Part shown: piece after piece, positions 52,896 to 62,124 of the stretch
Position numbering within the stretch: position 1 is the stretch's first letter
Layout: every line of letters begins with the position of its first letter
Sequence record: ON568341.1
Length of the DNA stretch: 64,000 nucleotides
Direction: 5' to 3' (one strand)
Translations under genes and position numbers: made by a program
The notes under the pieces: generated by a model
Told to the model about the DNA's origin: nothing
Databases searched by the model: none
The model's input: the letters and a program-made list of their open reading frames with translations, nothing else

Positions 52896-53738
52896 GTGTT
52901 TGATTTCAGTGATATTAAAAATAAGTCAGTCGATGATGATAAACCAACACAGCAGTCTTTTTCTATTGCTGAATTTCTAAAACATATTGACCGTGCTGAT
53001 TATAAGTTCTATAATGACATGACAGAAAAAGAACGAAAAGAGTTTACACCTTATACTGTTTTGCGATGGGTAAGCTCTTTGGATGATTCTCTTCAAGTTA
53101 CATATCCAAGTAGTAAAGTTGAAAAAGTATTTGGTAAATGGAAAGCTGGTGGTAAGGAAACATTAACTGAACTAGTAACTGAATTGAAGTCTTCTGGGAC
53201 TAATGTTTCATCAGTAACCAAGTACTGTCACGGTGACTATGATTGGCGTATTAAATTTGCGGTTCAATCTAAAGATGCCGCACAAAAATTAATATCATCA
53301 ATGACAGAATTTGGTGTAACTGGTTCGGAAATTGTGTCATTAGTAGATACTGAAGTTGTAAAATATCAACTTATTATGCTGAATGACATGGTTAATGATG
53401 GTTTTTGGGATATGAAAGAACATCCAGAATTAGTATATCAACTTATGTGCTCAGTGCATGATATGATTGGTGGACAAGAAATGCCCCGTAATTGGTTGAA
53501 TTTTTCTAAAAATTTCAAAAAAGCAAACAATGAACTATTTGAATTAATTAAAAGTTCACAACCTGATACTATTTCTACTCAAATGAATGAAGATGAATAT
53601 AAAATTGTTTTATTACAGTATGATAAAAAATCATTTGAAACATTTCTTGACAATAATGGTTTACAAGATAATGAAAAGAAATCTATGATGAAATTGTTTA
53701 AAGATGAATGTAAAAAATATGGCAAAGAAATCAAGTAA
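52896..53738 (+). CDS. Clamp-loader small subunit-like protein (gp62-like) with internal insertion
   Basis: FTPYTVLRWVSS...LNDMVN...HPELVYQLM pattern resembles gp62-type proteins; GTG start after AGGAG. Confidence 0.5.
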   Translation: MFDFSDIKNKSVDDDKPTQQSFSIAEFLKHIDRADYKFYNDMTEKERKEFTPYTVLRWVSSLDDSLQVTYPSSKVEKVFGKWKAGGKETLTELVTELKSSGTNVSSVTKYCHGDYDWRIKFAVQSKDAAQKLISSMTEFGVTGSEIVSLVDTEVVKYQLIMLNDMVNDGFWDMKEHPELVYQLMCSVHDMIGGQEMPRNWLNFSKNFKKANNELFELIKSSQPDTISTQMNEDEYKIVLLQYDKKSFETFLDNNGLQDNEKKSMMKLFKDECKKYGKEIK

Positions 53739-54429
53739 TAAAGTATACACCTGTAAATTTTGTGACCGTGAATTTAAACGAGAAGAAACTGTCAGCACAC
53801 ATAAATGTATAAAACGTGACCGATACGAAGACCGCCAAAGCCGCCAGATGATGGAGGCTTTTCGTATATATATGCAATTTATGGAATTGAATAAGTTCCC
53901 ATTTAAAAAAGGCGTGGAGCCTTTTATTGCTTTTATAAAATCGAAGTACTTTAATGATTTTTATAGTTTCGCAGAATACTATTTGAATAATAGAGATATT
54001 ATAAATGTGGACGAGTTTGTAAAGAACTTGATTATCACTAACAGACCAATTACTGAATGGAGTACGTATAAAGCAAAAGATGAATGGATATTAAAAACTA
54101 TTCGTGCAGAACATCCAAAAGAAGCTATTGCACGAAGTGTAATATCATTGGTTGAATGGGCTGAAAAGTTGAATGTACAATGGAACACTTTCTTTGAAAA
54201 TGTAAGTTCTGCTCGTGCAATTGCATGGATAGAGAGTGGTAAAATTTCACCGTGGATTATATGGCTTGCTCCTAAAAAAAGTACTAATAAGTTTTTTAAA
54301 AAACTATCAAACTCAGAAATTGAATATATACTTAAATACATCGATCCAAGTTATTTTGAAATAAAAACTATAAAATACAAAAAGGATTGTGATGAAATTA
54401 AGATTATGCTATGTGAGGCAGGATTATGA
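53719..54429 (+). CDS. Zinc-finger hypothetical protein
   Basis: YTCKFCDREF...THKC N-terminal finger; GKISPW motif. Confidence 0.75.
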   Translation: MAKKSSNKVYTCKFCDREFKREETVSTHKCIKRDRYEDRQSRQMMEAFRIYMQFMELNKFPFKKGVEPFIAFIKSKYFNDFYSFAEYYLNNRDIINVDEFVKNLIITNRPITEWSTYKAKDEWILKTIRAEHPKEAIARSVISLVEWAEKLNVQWNTFFENVSSARAIAWIESGKISPWIIWLAPKKSTNKFFKKLSNSEIEYILKYIDPSYFEIKTIKYKKDCDEIKIMLCEAGL

Positions 54430-54755
54430 ATGGAAAAAGTATATATAACAAAATACCAGAAGGGTATGTACCTGTACCTAAAGAACAAAAATCAAAACAA
54501 ATATCTCTACTTAGACAAGGATCTATTACTGAAATAACACTAGATGGCAAAACATTTCAAGTTCACGATCCGGCTCGTGTTGAAAAAATAATTTCTTTAG
54601 TTGAAAGACATGAAGAGCGATTTTTTAGTTTGAGTCAGGAGTTAGCAAAGACAAAACAAAATTGTAAAATATTAGAGAAACAAATATCAACGTTAGTTAA
54701 TACAGTTAAACAGTTACAGGAGCAAATAAAAAATGCAGGATTTGACCGATTCTAA
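54426..54755 (+). CDS. Coiled-coil hypothetical protein
   Basis: ATGA overlap; heptad-rich C-terminal half. Confidence 0.65.
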   Translation: MNGKSIYNKIPEGYVPVPKEQKSKQISLLRQGSITEITLDGKTFQVHDPARVEKIISLVERHEERFFSLSQELAKTKQNCKILEKQISTLVNTVKQLQEQIKNAGFDRF

Positions 54756-55371
54756 ACATTATAGAAAGGCCCGAACTGATATTGACATTGACTTCAAGGA
54801 TAGTAAAAGTGTAATTGCAAAACTTCCTTGTGTACGAAGTACTGAAAAAATTACGGAGGATGGTTTAATCCCCCATAATAGTGGTGTTCATTTTGACAAT
54901 ATACCAACTGATCCAATTACTGGTTTGGCTAGTATACAATATAAAGAAGCTGAAAGGTTAGGATATCAAAAAGTTGATATTCTTTCACAGTCAGCTTACG
55001 TGTATGTTCGTGATAGAGAACATTTAAAAGAACTAATGAATCAGGAACCAAATTGGGATTTATTGTTAGAACCCGAAATAGTAGAGCATCTCTCGCAAAT
55101 TAAAAAACATGTAACATTGTTAAATGTATGGAAGCCTAAATCAATCGACGAACTGGCAATGTTTATTGCCATGATTCGCCCAGGAAAAAGGCAGTGCCAA
55201 AGTATGAACACATGGGACGAGGTAAAAGCCACCATATGGGACTACAGTACTATTGGCACGGACCAAGCAGGAAATAAATTACGATATTTCAAAAAGCCAC
55301 ATGCTTATGCATATAGCTTAATGATTGTTGTTCAACTAAATGCTTTAGTTGAACATCTTACTTCTTCTTAA
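54733..55371 (+). CDS. Minimal DNA polymerase III alpha (DnaE)-like catalytic core
   Basis: TDIDIDF, HNSGV, KVDIL, PKSIDELAMFIAMIRPG, FKKPHAYAY in DnaE motif order. Confidence 0.8.
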   Translation: MQDLTDSKHYRKARTDIDIDFKDSKSVIAKLPCVRSTEKITEDGLIPHNSGVHFDNIPTDPITGLASIQYKEAERLGYQKVDILSQSAYVYVRDREHLKELMNQEPNWDLLLEPEIVEHLSQIKKHVTLLNVWKPKSIDELAMFIAMIRPGKRQCQSMNTWDEVKATIWDYSTIGTDQAGNKLRYFKKPHAYAYSLMIVVQLNALVEHLTSS

Positions 55372-55710
55372 GTGCCACATTACGACGTTTGATGCGTTTC
55401 TGTGGCAAATTGCTTAAAGAAACTACTGGACCACATACGAAATTCACCGATTGTGTATCGAATCTCTGTGTGTACGGTTCAAATTTCTCCATCTCTTCTT
55501 GAAAGAATAGACAAACTGGAATGGTTCTATTACTTTGCCACCACCAATCATGTGCTATACTTAACAATTCGTCTTGCATTGATTCATTCATATCATCGAA
55601 ACAATAAAGAGTTGTATACTGTTTGCTTTTGATTTTGATGATACCAATAAACGTTTTACCATCATACTGGATTACAGTAATGAATGGTGGGATAGTGTTA
55701 TATGATTCAT
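55358..55710 (-). CDS. Conserved WWWxSN-motif protein; reading frame extends upstream of the track start but lacks an in-frame ATG
   Basis: Frame of 55358-55591 stays open for 39 more codons (ESYNTIPPFITVIQYDGKTFIGII...) to 55708. ATG at 55710 is 1 nt out of frame. Late promoter at 55748-55754. Confidence 0.6.
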
Positions 55711-55719
55711 ATTAGTTCC

Positions 55720-55754
55720 ATAAATATTAGTATAAATTTATACCTATTATTTAT
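55720..55754. promoter_or_regulatory. Divergent late promoters ATAAATA (+ 55720-26; - 55748-54)
   Basis: Both cores read directly between the divergent genes. Confidence 0.6.
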
Positions 55755-55767
55755 GGAAGGAAAAACT

Positions 55768-56745
55768 ATGGCTCATCACGGCGTGTTTATGTACCCTTAT
55801 AATCAGGAAGTATCATTGGGCAATTTTAATATGCCATTTAGTAATGAAAAACTAACTATCTATCGAGGGGCAAATAATAATTTATCTTTTACTGTTCACA
55901 ACGCTGATGGAAAATATACTTTATTGAAAGATAATGAATATCTTACATTTATGATTTTTGATGCACGAAATAATACTAAACTATTTGATGTTGTATTGGA
56001 AAAGCAAGAACCAAGTTGGTTATCAGAAAGTGGTCAAGCTCGTCAAACATTGGGAAATAAAAAGAAAGTATACTATGGATGTATTGTTCCAGCAGGAGTT
56101 ATTCAAGATACCAGTCCTGGTTCTAAATATAGATGGAGCATTACTAAAGTAACTATGGATGGTTCACTTATAGAACCAACACAATATCTATACACTGGAA
56201 TGAACTTTGAGGCATCAGCGGAGCTAATAATTTCAGACCAAGCAGCCCCAGTATTTGTTCCTAGTACTGAAATATCTACAGACAAAAATTCAGCCTGGAC
56301 ATCAATAAAGCGTTTATATAATGAACCAATTGGTAATGGTATGATAGGTGAGTATGATATACTCGCATCAACTCCACTTCCAGCACAAATGCAGTATGGG
56401 TTGGTTGATGGGCTAAGTAGCATTGCAATCTATTTTGATAAATTCATTGGAAGAATACAGTTACAAGGATGTTTGTGTAATAATGTACCTAATGATAATG
56501 AAAATTATAAATGGTTTATAATCAAATTAGATGGAAAGGATTATATTGAAAATGGGATTGATATTGATGGATTTCCAAAAGAACTTGATGGTATTCAAGC
56601 ATTTAATTTCAAAGGAAATTATATGTGGTTGCGAATCGTAGTAGCAATTCATCCTAAAAATGTTCCAGTACCATACGACTATGCTGCTGTGCGAAAAGTG
56701 TATGATCCTTTATTAACTGTACCTAAAATTTTGATTCGCAGGTGA
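55768..56745 (+). CDS. Putative virion structural protein
   Basis: LTIYRGANNNLSFTVHNADGK beta-rich N-terminus; late promoter; start moved to 55768. Confidence 0.65.
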   Translation: MAHHGVFMYPYNQEVSLGNFNMPFSNEKLTIYRGANNNLSFTVHNADGKYTLLKDNEYLTFMIFDARNNTKLFDVVLEKQEPSWLSESGQARQTLGNKKKVYYGCIVPAGVIQDTSPGSKYRWSITKVTMDGSLIEPTQYLYTGMNFEASAELIISDQAAPVFVPSTEISTDKNSAWTSIKRLYNEPIGNGMIGEYDILASTPLPAQMQYGLVDGLSSIAIYFDKFIGRIQLQGCLCNNVPNDNENYKWFIIKLDGKDYIENGIDIDGFPKELDGIQAFNFKGNYMWLRIVVAIHPKNVPVPYDYAAVRKVYDPLLTVPKILIRR

Positions 56746-56771
56746 GACAAAATTAGAAGGTGTGCTATAAT
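56742..56771 (+). promoter_or_regulatory. GTGAGACA-16-TATAAT promoter
   Basis: Upstream of primase/helicase. Confidence 0.8.
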
Positions 56772-56800
56772 CATTTGTAAGAAAAGACAAGGATTAACTT

Positions 56801-57856
56801 ATGAACGCTGTACAAAACATAATGGCACAAATAATGAATGATCCAGTACCTTCAATTGGTACATGGTCACATCACAATTGTCCCGCTTGTGTGTTCAGAG
56901 GACATTCAAGGCCGGATACAAAGCACCGTGGTAATCATATGTTCAATGCAGATGGTTCCGTATCATATAACTGCTTTAACTGTAGTTTAAAAACGGGTTG
57001 GCAGCCTGGAAAATATATGAGCAAAGATATGGAGTCTTTGCTCATTTCTTTTGGTGCACAAGATAAAGAAATAGAATTAGTTAAGTTTTATATTAAAGAA
57101 ATGGTTGATAGTGGAGATTACGCTACACAAGAAACGGTTGTATCAAAATTATATGATAGAATAACTGTGCGTGATTTACCATCAAATGCTAAAACATTTT
57201 GGGAATGGGCTTCGTTACCAGAAGACAAAATTCCCCGAGAATTTTTGAGTGTTTTGCATAACGTCAATGAAAGAAACCCATACTTATTAGATTTAGAATT
57301 ATATTGGTCACCCAATAAAGAACATAAAATGTATGATAGATTTATTATTCCTTATTTCATGAATGGGAAAATCATTGGATACACAGCAAGACACAAATTA
57401 AAAGATCCCGGAAGTACATACAGGTTTATAAATCAAGTAAGTACAAATATACTATATAATTATGATTTATTAAAAGATGATAGAATAAAAACAATTTTAG
57501 TATGTGAAGGGCCGTTGGATGCTGCATTGATGGGTGGAGTATCTGCAAATAACTTTAAACTATCCAATGTACAAATTGATGTATTAAAAGATGCACAACA
57601 AAAAGGTAAAAAAGTAGTTATTGTTCCAGACCGAGACAAAGATGGGTTAATAACAATAGAACAAGCACTTGAAAATGGATTCAGTGTGTCGTTCCCAGAC
57701 TTTGGTGCAGTTAGAGAAGGGAGTACTATACGTCACATCAAAGATTTCGAAGAAGCGTGTTCACGTTTTGGAAGGTTATTTTGCTTGCAATTAATACACG
57801 ATAGTATAGTAGATGAGCCATTTTATATAAAAGCTCAAACAGAAAAATGGATGTAA
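56801..57856 (+). CDS. gp61: DNA primase
   Basis: CPAC...YNCFNC zinc ribbon, IIPY...IIGYTAR, VCEGPLDA, VPDRDKDG TOPRIM motifs. Confidence 0.92.
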   Translation: MNAVQNIMAQIMNDPVPSIGTWSHHNCPACVFRGHSRPDTKHRGNHMFNADGSVSYNCFNCSLKTGWQPGKYMSKDMESLLISFGAQDKEIELVKFYIKEMVDSGDYATQETVVSKLYDRITVRDLPSNAKTFWEWASLPEDKIPREFLSVLHNVNERNPYLLDLELYWSPNKEHKMYDRFIIPYFMNGKIIGYTARHKLKDPGSTYRFINQVSTNILYNYDLLKDDRIKTILVCEGPLDAALMGGVSANNFKLSNVQIDVLKDAQQKGKKVVIVPDRDKDGLITIEQALENGFSVSFPDFGAVREGSTIRHIKDFEEACSRFGRLFCLQLIHDSIVDEPFYIKAQTEKWM

Positions 57857-57878
57857 TACATATAATGAGGGAACATAG

Positions 57879-59399
57879 ATGATTCAAAGCACAATGGATG
57901 TGAAACAATATGGGATTAATGCACAACAATACTTATTATCTCAGATTTTCAGTAATCCTGATTTATATGTACGTTGTAAAAATATCCTTAAACCTGAATA
58001 TTTTGATAAAACATTTCATGAAAGTATTAAGTACGTTCATGATTATGCAGCAAAATATAGTTCATCACCAACTTTAAAAGATATTGAAGTTAAAGGTGGT
58101 TATCAATACGACCAATATGAAGTTCAAGAATTACATAAACAATCAGTACTGGATACATGTGGTGAATTTTGCCGACACAAAGCATTAGCATTAGCTGTGG
58201 AAAAGGGAATGGAACTTGTCCATCAGAAAAAATATGGTGGGATAGAAGAACTAATTCGTGAAGCAATGCTGGTAACTGTACAGAATGAGTTAGGTTTGGA
58301 CATTTTTGAAAATCCAGAAGATACTATTCGTTCACTAAGTTCAATGCAAGGGTCATTTAAGAGTGGATGGGAAACACTTGATTACAAACTTTTCGGTGGC
58401 TTTGGGCGTAGAGAGTTAGAGATTTTTGCGGCTGCATCAGGTGGTGGTAAATCAGTAGTATTGCAAAATTTAGCAGTTAACTTTGCTAAAGCTGGAATGA
58501 ATGGTGCATACATCTCTCTAGAACTAGCTGAAGAGTTAGTTGCGGTTCGTATTTATGGTATGATGACTGAATCGAAACTCAGTAACGTAAAAAATGAAGC
58601 TGAAAAGATTGGATTTGCTGTTAAAGTTGAAGGTAAAAACAGTGGTATGTTGCGTATTAAACGCTTACCTGAATCTGTGACAACAACGGACGATATCGAA
58701 AGTTATCTACGTGAATTACAAATTAAGATGGAAATCAAACTTGATTATGTATGTGTGGACTATTTGGACCTATTAACTTCTAATCGTCTTGGACCAAATG
58801 ATAAATCCAATACATTTACTAAAGATAAATTTGTATCAGAAGAATTACGTGCTCTTGCATCAAAAATGGATTTGACTGTATTCACGGCATCTCAGTTTAA
58901 CCGTAGTGGCATGGACGAAGATAAGAAAAGTCAAAGTCAGATTGCTGGTGGTATTTCAAAAATTTATACTGCGGATAACGTAATTTATATTGAAGCAAAA
59001 AAAGACACTGGGGAATTATGGTTTGATTTTCAAAAAACACGTAACAGTAGTGCAGTAGGTTCTCGCTTACGTATGTCCTATGATATTGACTCATTGCGAG
59101 TTCTTGATCACGCAATTACAGTACAACAAATGGAAACAGAAGGTAACGGATTCCGTCACAGTGGTGTTTCTAAGATTGGTGGAGGAAATATGGCATTACC
59201 TCCTAGTACAATGCAAACATTGCGTCATACGCTTTCTGGTACATCAAATTCATTATCTACACAACCAAACAAACAAGTATTACTAAATACTGAGAGTGCT
59301 CCTAACACAACAACACAAAATGAATTACAGCCCCCGCAGCCACATGCAGGTTCTGAACGTGTTCATGCAATGAAGCAATGGTTAAATCAAAGGAAATGA
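57879..59399 (+). CDS. gp41: DnaB-like replicative helicase
   Basis: AASGGGKS, YISLEL, VDYLDLL, TASQFNR, KTRNS. Confidence 0.93.
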   Translation: MIQSTMDVKQYGINAQQYLLSQIFSNPDLYVRCKNILKPEYFDKTFHESIKYVHDYAAKYSSSPTLKDIEVKGGYQYDQYEVQELHKQSVLDTCGEFCRHKALALAVEKGMELVHQKKYGGIEELIREAMLVTVQNELGLDIFENPEDTIRSLSSMQGSFKSGWETLDYKLFGGFGRRELEIFAAASGGGKSVVLQNLAVNFAKAGMNGAYISLELAEELVAVRIYGMMTESKLSNVKNEAEKIGFAVKVEGKNSGMLRIKRLPESVTTTDDIESYLRELQIKMEIKLDYVCVDYLDLLTSNRLGPNDKSNTFTKDKFVSEELRALASKMDLTVFTASQFNRSGMDEDKKSQSQIAGGISKIYTADNVIYIEAKKDTGELWFDFQKTRNSSAVGSRLRMSYDIDSLRVLDHAITVQQMETEGNGFRHSGVSKIGGGNMALPPSTMQTLRHTLSGTSNSLSTQPNKQVLLNTESAPNTTTQNELQPPQPHAGSERVHAMKQWLNQRK

Positions 59400-59402
59400 T
59401 AA

Positions 59403-59675
59403 ATGTCTAGTAAATCCAATAAAAAGAATCTACTTGATAGTATAGTTGACTATACCCCAGAGAAAGATACGTTACAGAGTTTTAGTAATCGTGCAGACCA
59501 TGCAATAAACTCTGTGATTCATTTGTTGGAGAGCATTGAAGATGAATTTAACCAAACTGATGCTGAAGATTTGAAAAAGCGTTTATTTCTAAGTATAAAA
59601 AACCGAGATTATAAAAAGTTTCAAAAAGGGTTAGAGAATATAGCACTTGATGAAAAACGTAATAAGGGTCATTAA
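59403..59675 (+). CDS. Hypothetical protein
   Basis: 90-aa ORF, NRADHAINSVIHLLESI...RLFLSIKNRD. Confidence 0.65.
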   Translation: MSSKSNKKNLLDSIVDYTPEKDTLQSFSNRADHAINSVIHLLESIEDEFNQTDAEDLKKRLFLSIKNRDYKKFQKGLENIALDEKRNKGH

Positions 59676-59676
59676 T

Positions 59677-59841
59677 ATGAAGAAAAAGAATATTAAAGAG
59701 AATGCATCCACAGCATCTACTTCGGCAGGTGCAATTGCATCTGTCAGCACTGGTTTACATTATCCATTACATCGTAGATTGCCTCCAACTAACTTCTTTG
59801 GGTATAAAGTAGTAGAGATAAAAGATAAGGATAAAGAATGA
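59677..59841 (+). CDS. Small protein with capsid-N-terminus-like motif
   Basis: IKENASTASTSAGAIASV; AAGGG SD. Confidence 0.55.
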   Translation: MKKKNIKENASTASTSAGAIASVSTGLHYPLHRRLPPTNFFGYKVVEIKDKDKE

Positions 59842-60230
59842 AACCCTATACTTTCTACACGATACATACTGTAGTAGATATTGGTGACGGTAAAACCCCA
59901 ACAATCATAGATTCAAAATTCACTGGTGCTATGAACTTGTCTAGATTGTTGGAAGCAATTATGGTATATGATTATCCTATGATGGTAAGTGTTGTTAAAA
60001 ATGAAGTTGATTTATATAAAGATAATAATTCATCTTTTTATAATATACCAATTACATGGGGTAAATGTACAATAAGCACATTTAAATTCGCTATACCAAT
60101 GGATGTTGAACTTCGATTACATGGTATTCCATTAGTTCTACCAACTGAACTAAATGGAAAACGAATAACTAAATTTATCACATCTGGTGATGATATCAAC
60201 ATTAGCATCAGTAAACAGACCTTTTCTTAA
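59838..60230 (+). CDS. Hypothetical protein
   Basis: ATGA overlap, 130 aa. Confidence 0.65.
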   Translation: MKPYTFYTIHTVVDIGDGKTPTIIDSKFTGAMNLSRLLEAIMVYDYPMMVSVVKNEVDLYKDNNSSFYNIPITWGKCTISTFKFAIPMDVELRLHGIPLVLPTELNGKRITKFITSGDDINISISKQTFS

Positions 60231-60235
60231 TTGTG

Positions 60236-60242
60236 ATAAATA
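60236..60242 (+). promoter_or_regulatory. Late promoter ATAAATA
   Basis: Upstream of 60288 (GGAG SD). Confidence 0.65.
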
Positions 60243-60287
60243 TCATAAAGCAAGACAGAGGTCTTTTTTATTTTTTATGGAGAAAAT

Positions 60288-61232
60288 ATGGATATAAACC
60301 AAACAGCAACAGAACTTCAAAAGTTCGCAGACGCACATAATTTGAATGTTGATGTTTCTGTCATTCTTGATAATATGGATGCAGGTGATTTCATTACTTT
60401 AAATTCTGCGATTGATAATTCCGATAATCGTGAAATATTTCAAATTTTGCAAAAATATAAAGCACAGATGAGTGAGTGTTATGAATATTTCAGTACTAAT
60501 AATTTGAATAAACATATCAATGAAAGTACTGAGCTACATAGCATTGTTGATGCAATGACTCTAAAGCAACTGGAAGAGACATACACTAAAAAATATACTT
60601 ATTCTGATACATCGAAGCTAACTACCCAAGAATTAAAAGCGATTGTATTTGAAGATTTTCAAAATCAAGCAACTCAAATGCAATCTAAGCAAATTGCTAA
60701 AATGAATGTTTCACAAGGACAACAGCAAGTTAATCCACAAACTCAAGCGAAAATAAAACAGGCTGAGTTACAAAGGAACGCTAATAATATGAAAGTTAGT
60801 GTTCCGGGAACACAAAGCGGTACTGATTCAGTAGAACCTGTTGTTGGTGTAGATCCAGGTCAAACACCAGAGCAAACATTGGTAATTACTAAAAGCGGTA
60901 CTAAACCAAATGAGTTAAATGTTTTCCCATTGAATGATGTTAATCCTATCGATAACCAAAATAATCCAATACGTGAGGAAAAATCCCCACAAGAAATTAA
61001 CAGTGAACTAATGGGAGATGCAAGCTTAGAGCCTGATAGTAATCCTGATTCACCATCACCATTATCATATCATGCACCTGGTATGGGTGAAATGATTCAT
61101 GCTATTTCTGATATTGAAAAGGAAGATGATATTTATGGTGATGAAAGTGTAATGGCAAATCAGTCGCAATCTGATAATGATGATATGGTAGATCAAATTA
61201 TTGATTATTGTCATCGTATGCGAGGTCGCTAA
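60288..61232 (+). CDS. Late hypothetical protein, probable internal head protein
   Basis: Q/N/P-rich low complexity, INE/S candidate protease site. Confidence 0.7.
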   Translation: MDINQTATELQKFADAHNLNVDVSVILDNMDAGDFITLNSAIDNSDNREIFQILQKYKAQMSECYEYFSTNNLNKHINESTELHSIVDAMTLKQLEETYTKKYTYSDTSKLTTQELKAIVFEDFQNQATQMQSKQIAKMNVSQGQQQVNPQTQAKIKQAELQRNANNMKVSVPGTQSGTDSVEPVVGVDPGQTPEQTLVITKSGTKPNELNVFPLNDVNPIDNQNNPIREEKSPQEINSELMGDASLEPDSNPDSPSPLSYHAPGMGEMIHAISDIEKEDDIYGDESVMANQSQSDNDDMVDQIIDYCHRMRGR

Positions 61233-61450
61233 TGAGAACAGTACTGAATGTGTATGGTCATAATACGATGGTTTCCAATGAAGAATACAAACTATTACAA
61301 AAGATAAAAGCACGTGATACTGTTCCAGTTGAAAAGGTTAATGAATATTATCAAGAACTTGCTGATAAAATGGTATCACGCGGTGTTCTAAATAAAATAG
61401 AAAATGGTGATGGTACTGAATCATATCAAACAGTTAGGAGTAGTAAATGA
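61232..61450 (+). CDS. Small hypothetical protein (winged-helix-like pattern)
   Basis: TAATG coupling; LADKMVSRGVLNK. Confidence 0.6.
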   Translation: MRTVLNVYGHNTMVSNEEYKLLQKIKARDTVPVEKVNEYYQELADKMVSRGVLNKIENGDGTESYQTVRSSK

Positions 61451-62124
61451 ATTACGAATATGATCAACAATCAGTCAATCAGATGGCTGATTTGTTAAGT
61501 GGTCTTAATGATATTGAAGCTGGTGAGACACACAATGCGGCAGGTGTACCATATAAAGCTAGTGGTGATATTGGTGCAATGACCGCTATTTTAACTTCAT
61601 TAAATGAAGCGGGTATGGACTATGGTACTGAACCCGAACCTACACATCCGAACGTAGTGCCATATAACGCACCATTTAACGAACACATGAATGGACAACC
61701 ATATGTTCAGCCTATGGTACATCGTTCACCTCCTAAACCGAAAACCAACTGGAGTTTAGTTGAAGAAAAGGTACAAGGTACGAAATCTACTAAAGTTTAT
61801 AGCATTAAGTGTAACCATAGTTCACAAATTATCATGAATAATATTATGATGTATGAAGCAGCACTTACTTTAGTTAACCTTCTTAACGAAGGGAGAATGT
61901 TGACAGATGCTAAAATTCTTGGTATAATTAGTTCGGGTTTGCAATATACAAATGTTATAAGCGAAGCATTAAAAGCAGCCCATAAACGCCAACGTGTACT
62001 TAATGAATCAAAGTATGATGAAGCAAAAGATTTAGATATAATCATTGCAGAAAAGAAAGCAGAAGCTTATAAATTAAAAGAGCGTGTGTTAAACTTTCTT
62101 AAAAATGAAGGGTATATCACTTGA
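61447..62124 (+). CDS. Hypothetical protein, probable head protein
   Basis: ATGA coupling; LNE/S motifs; YEAALTLVNLLNEG. Confidence 0.7.
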   Translation: MNYEYDQQSVNQMADLLSGLNDIEAGETHNAAGVPYKASGDIGAMTAILTSLNEAGMDYGTEPEPTHPNVVPYNAPFNEHMNGQPYVQPMVHRSPPKPKTNWSLVEEKVQGTKSTKVYSIKCNHSSQIIMNNIMMYEAALTLVNLLNEGRMLTDAKILGIISSGLQYTNVISEALKAAHKRQRVLNESKYDEAKDLDIIIAEKKAEAYKLKERVLNFLKNEGYIT

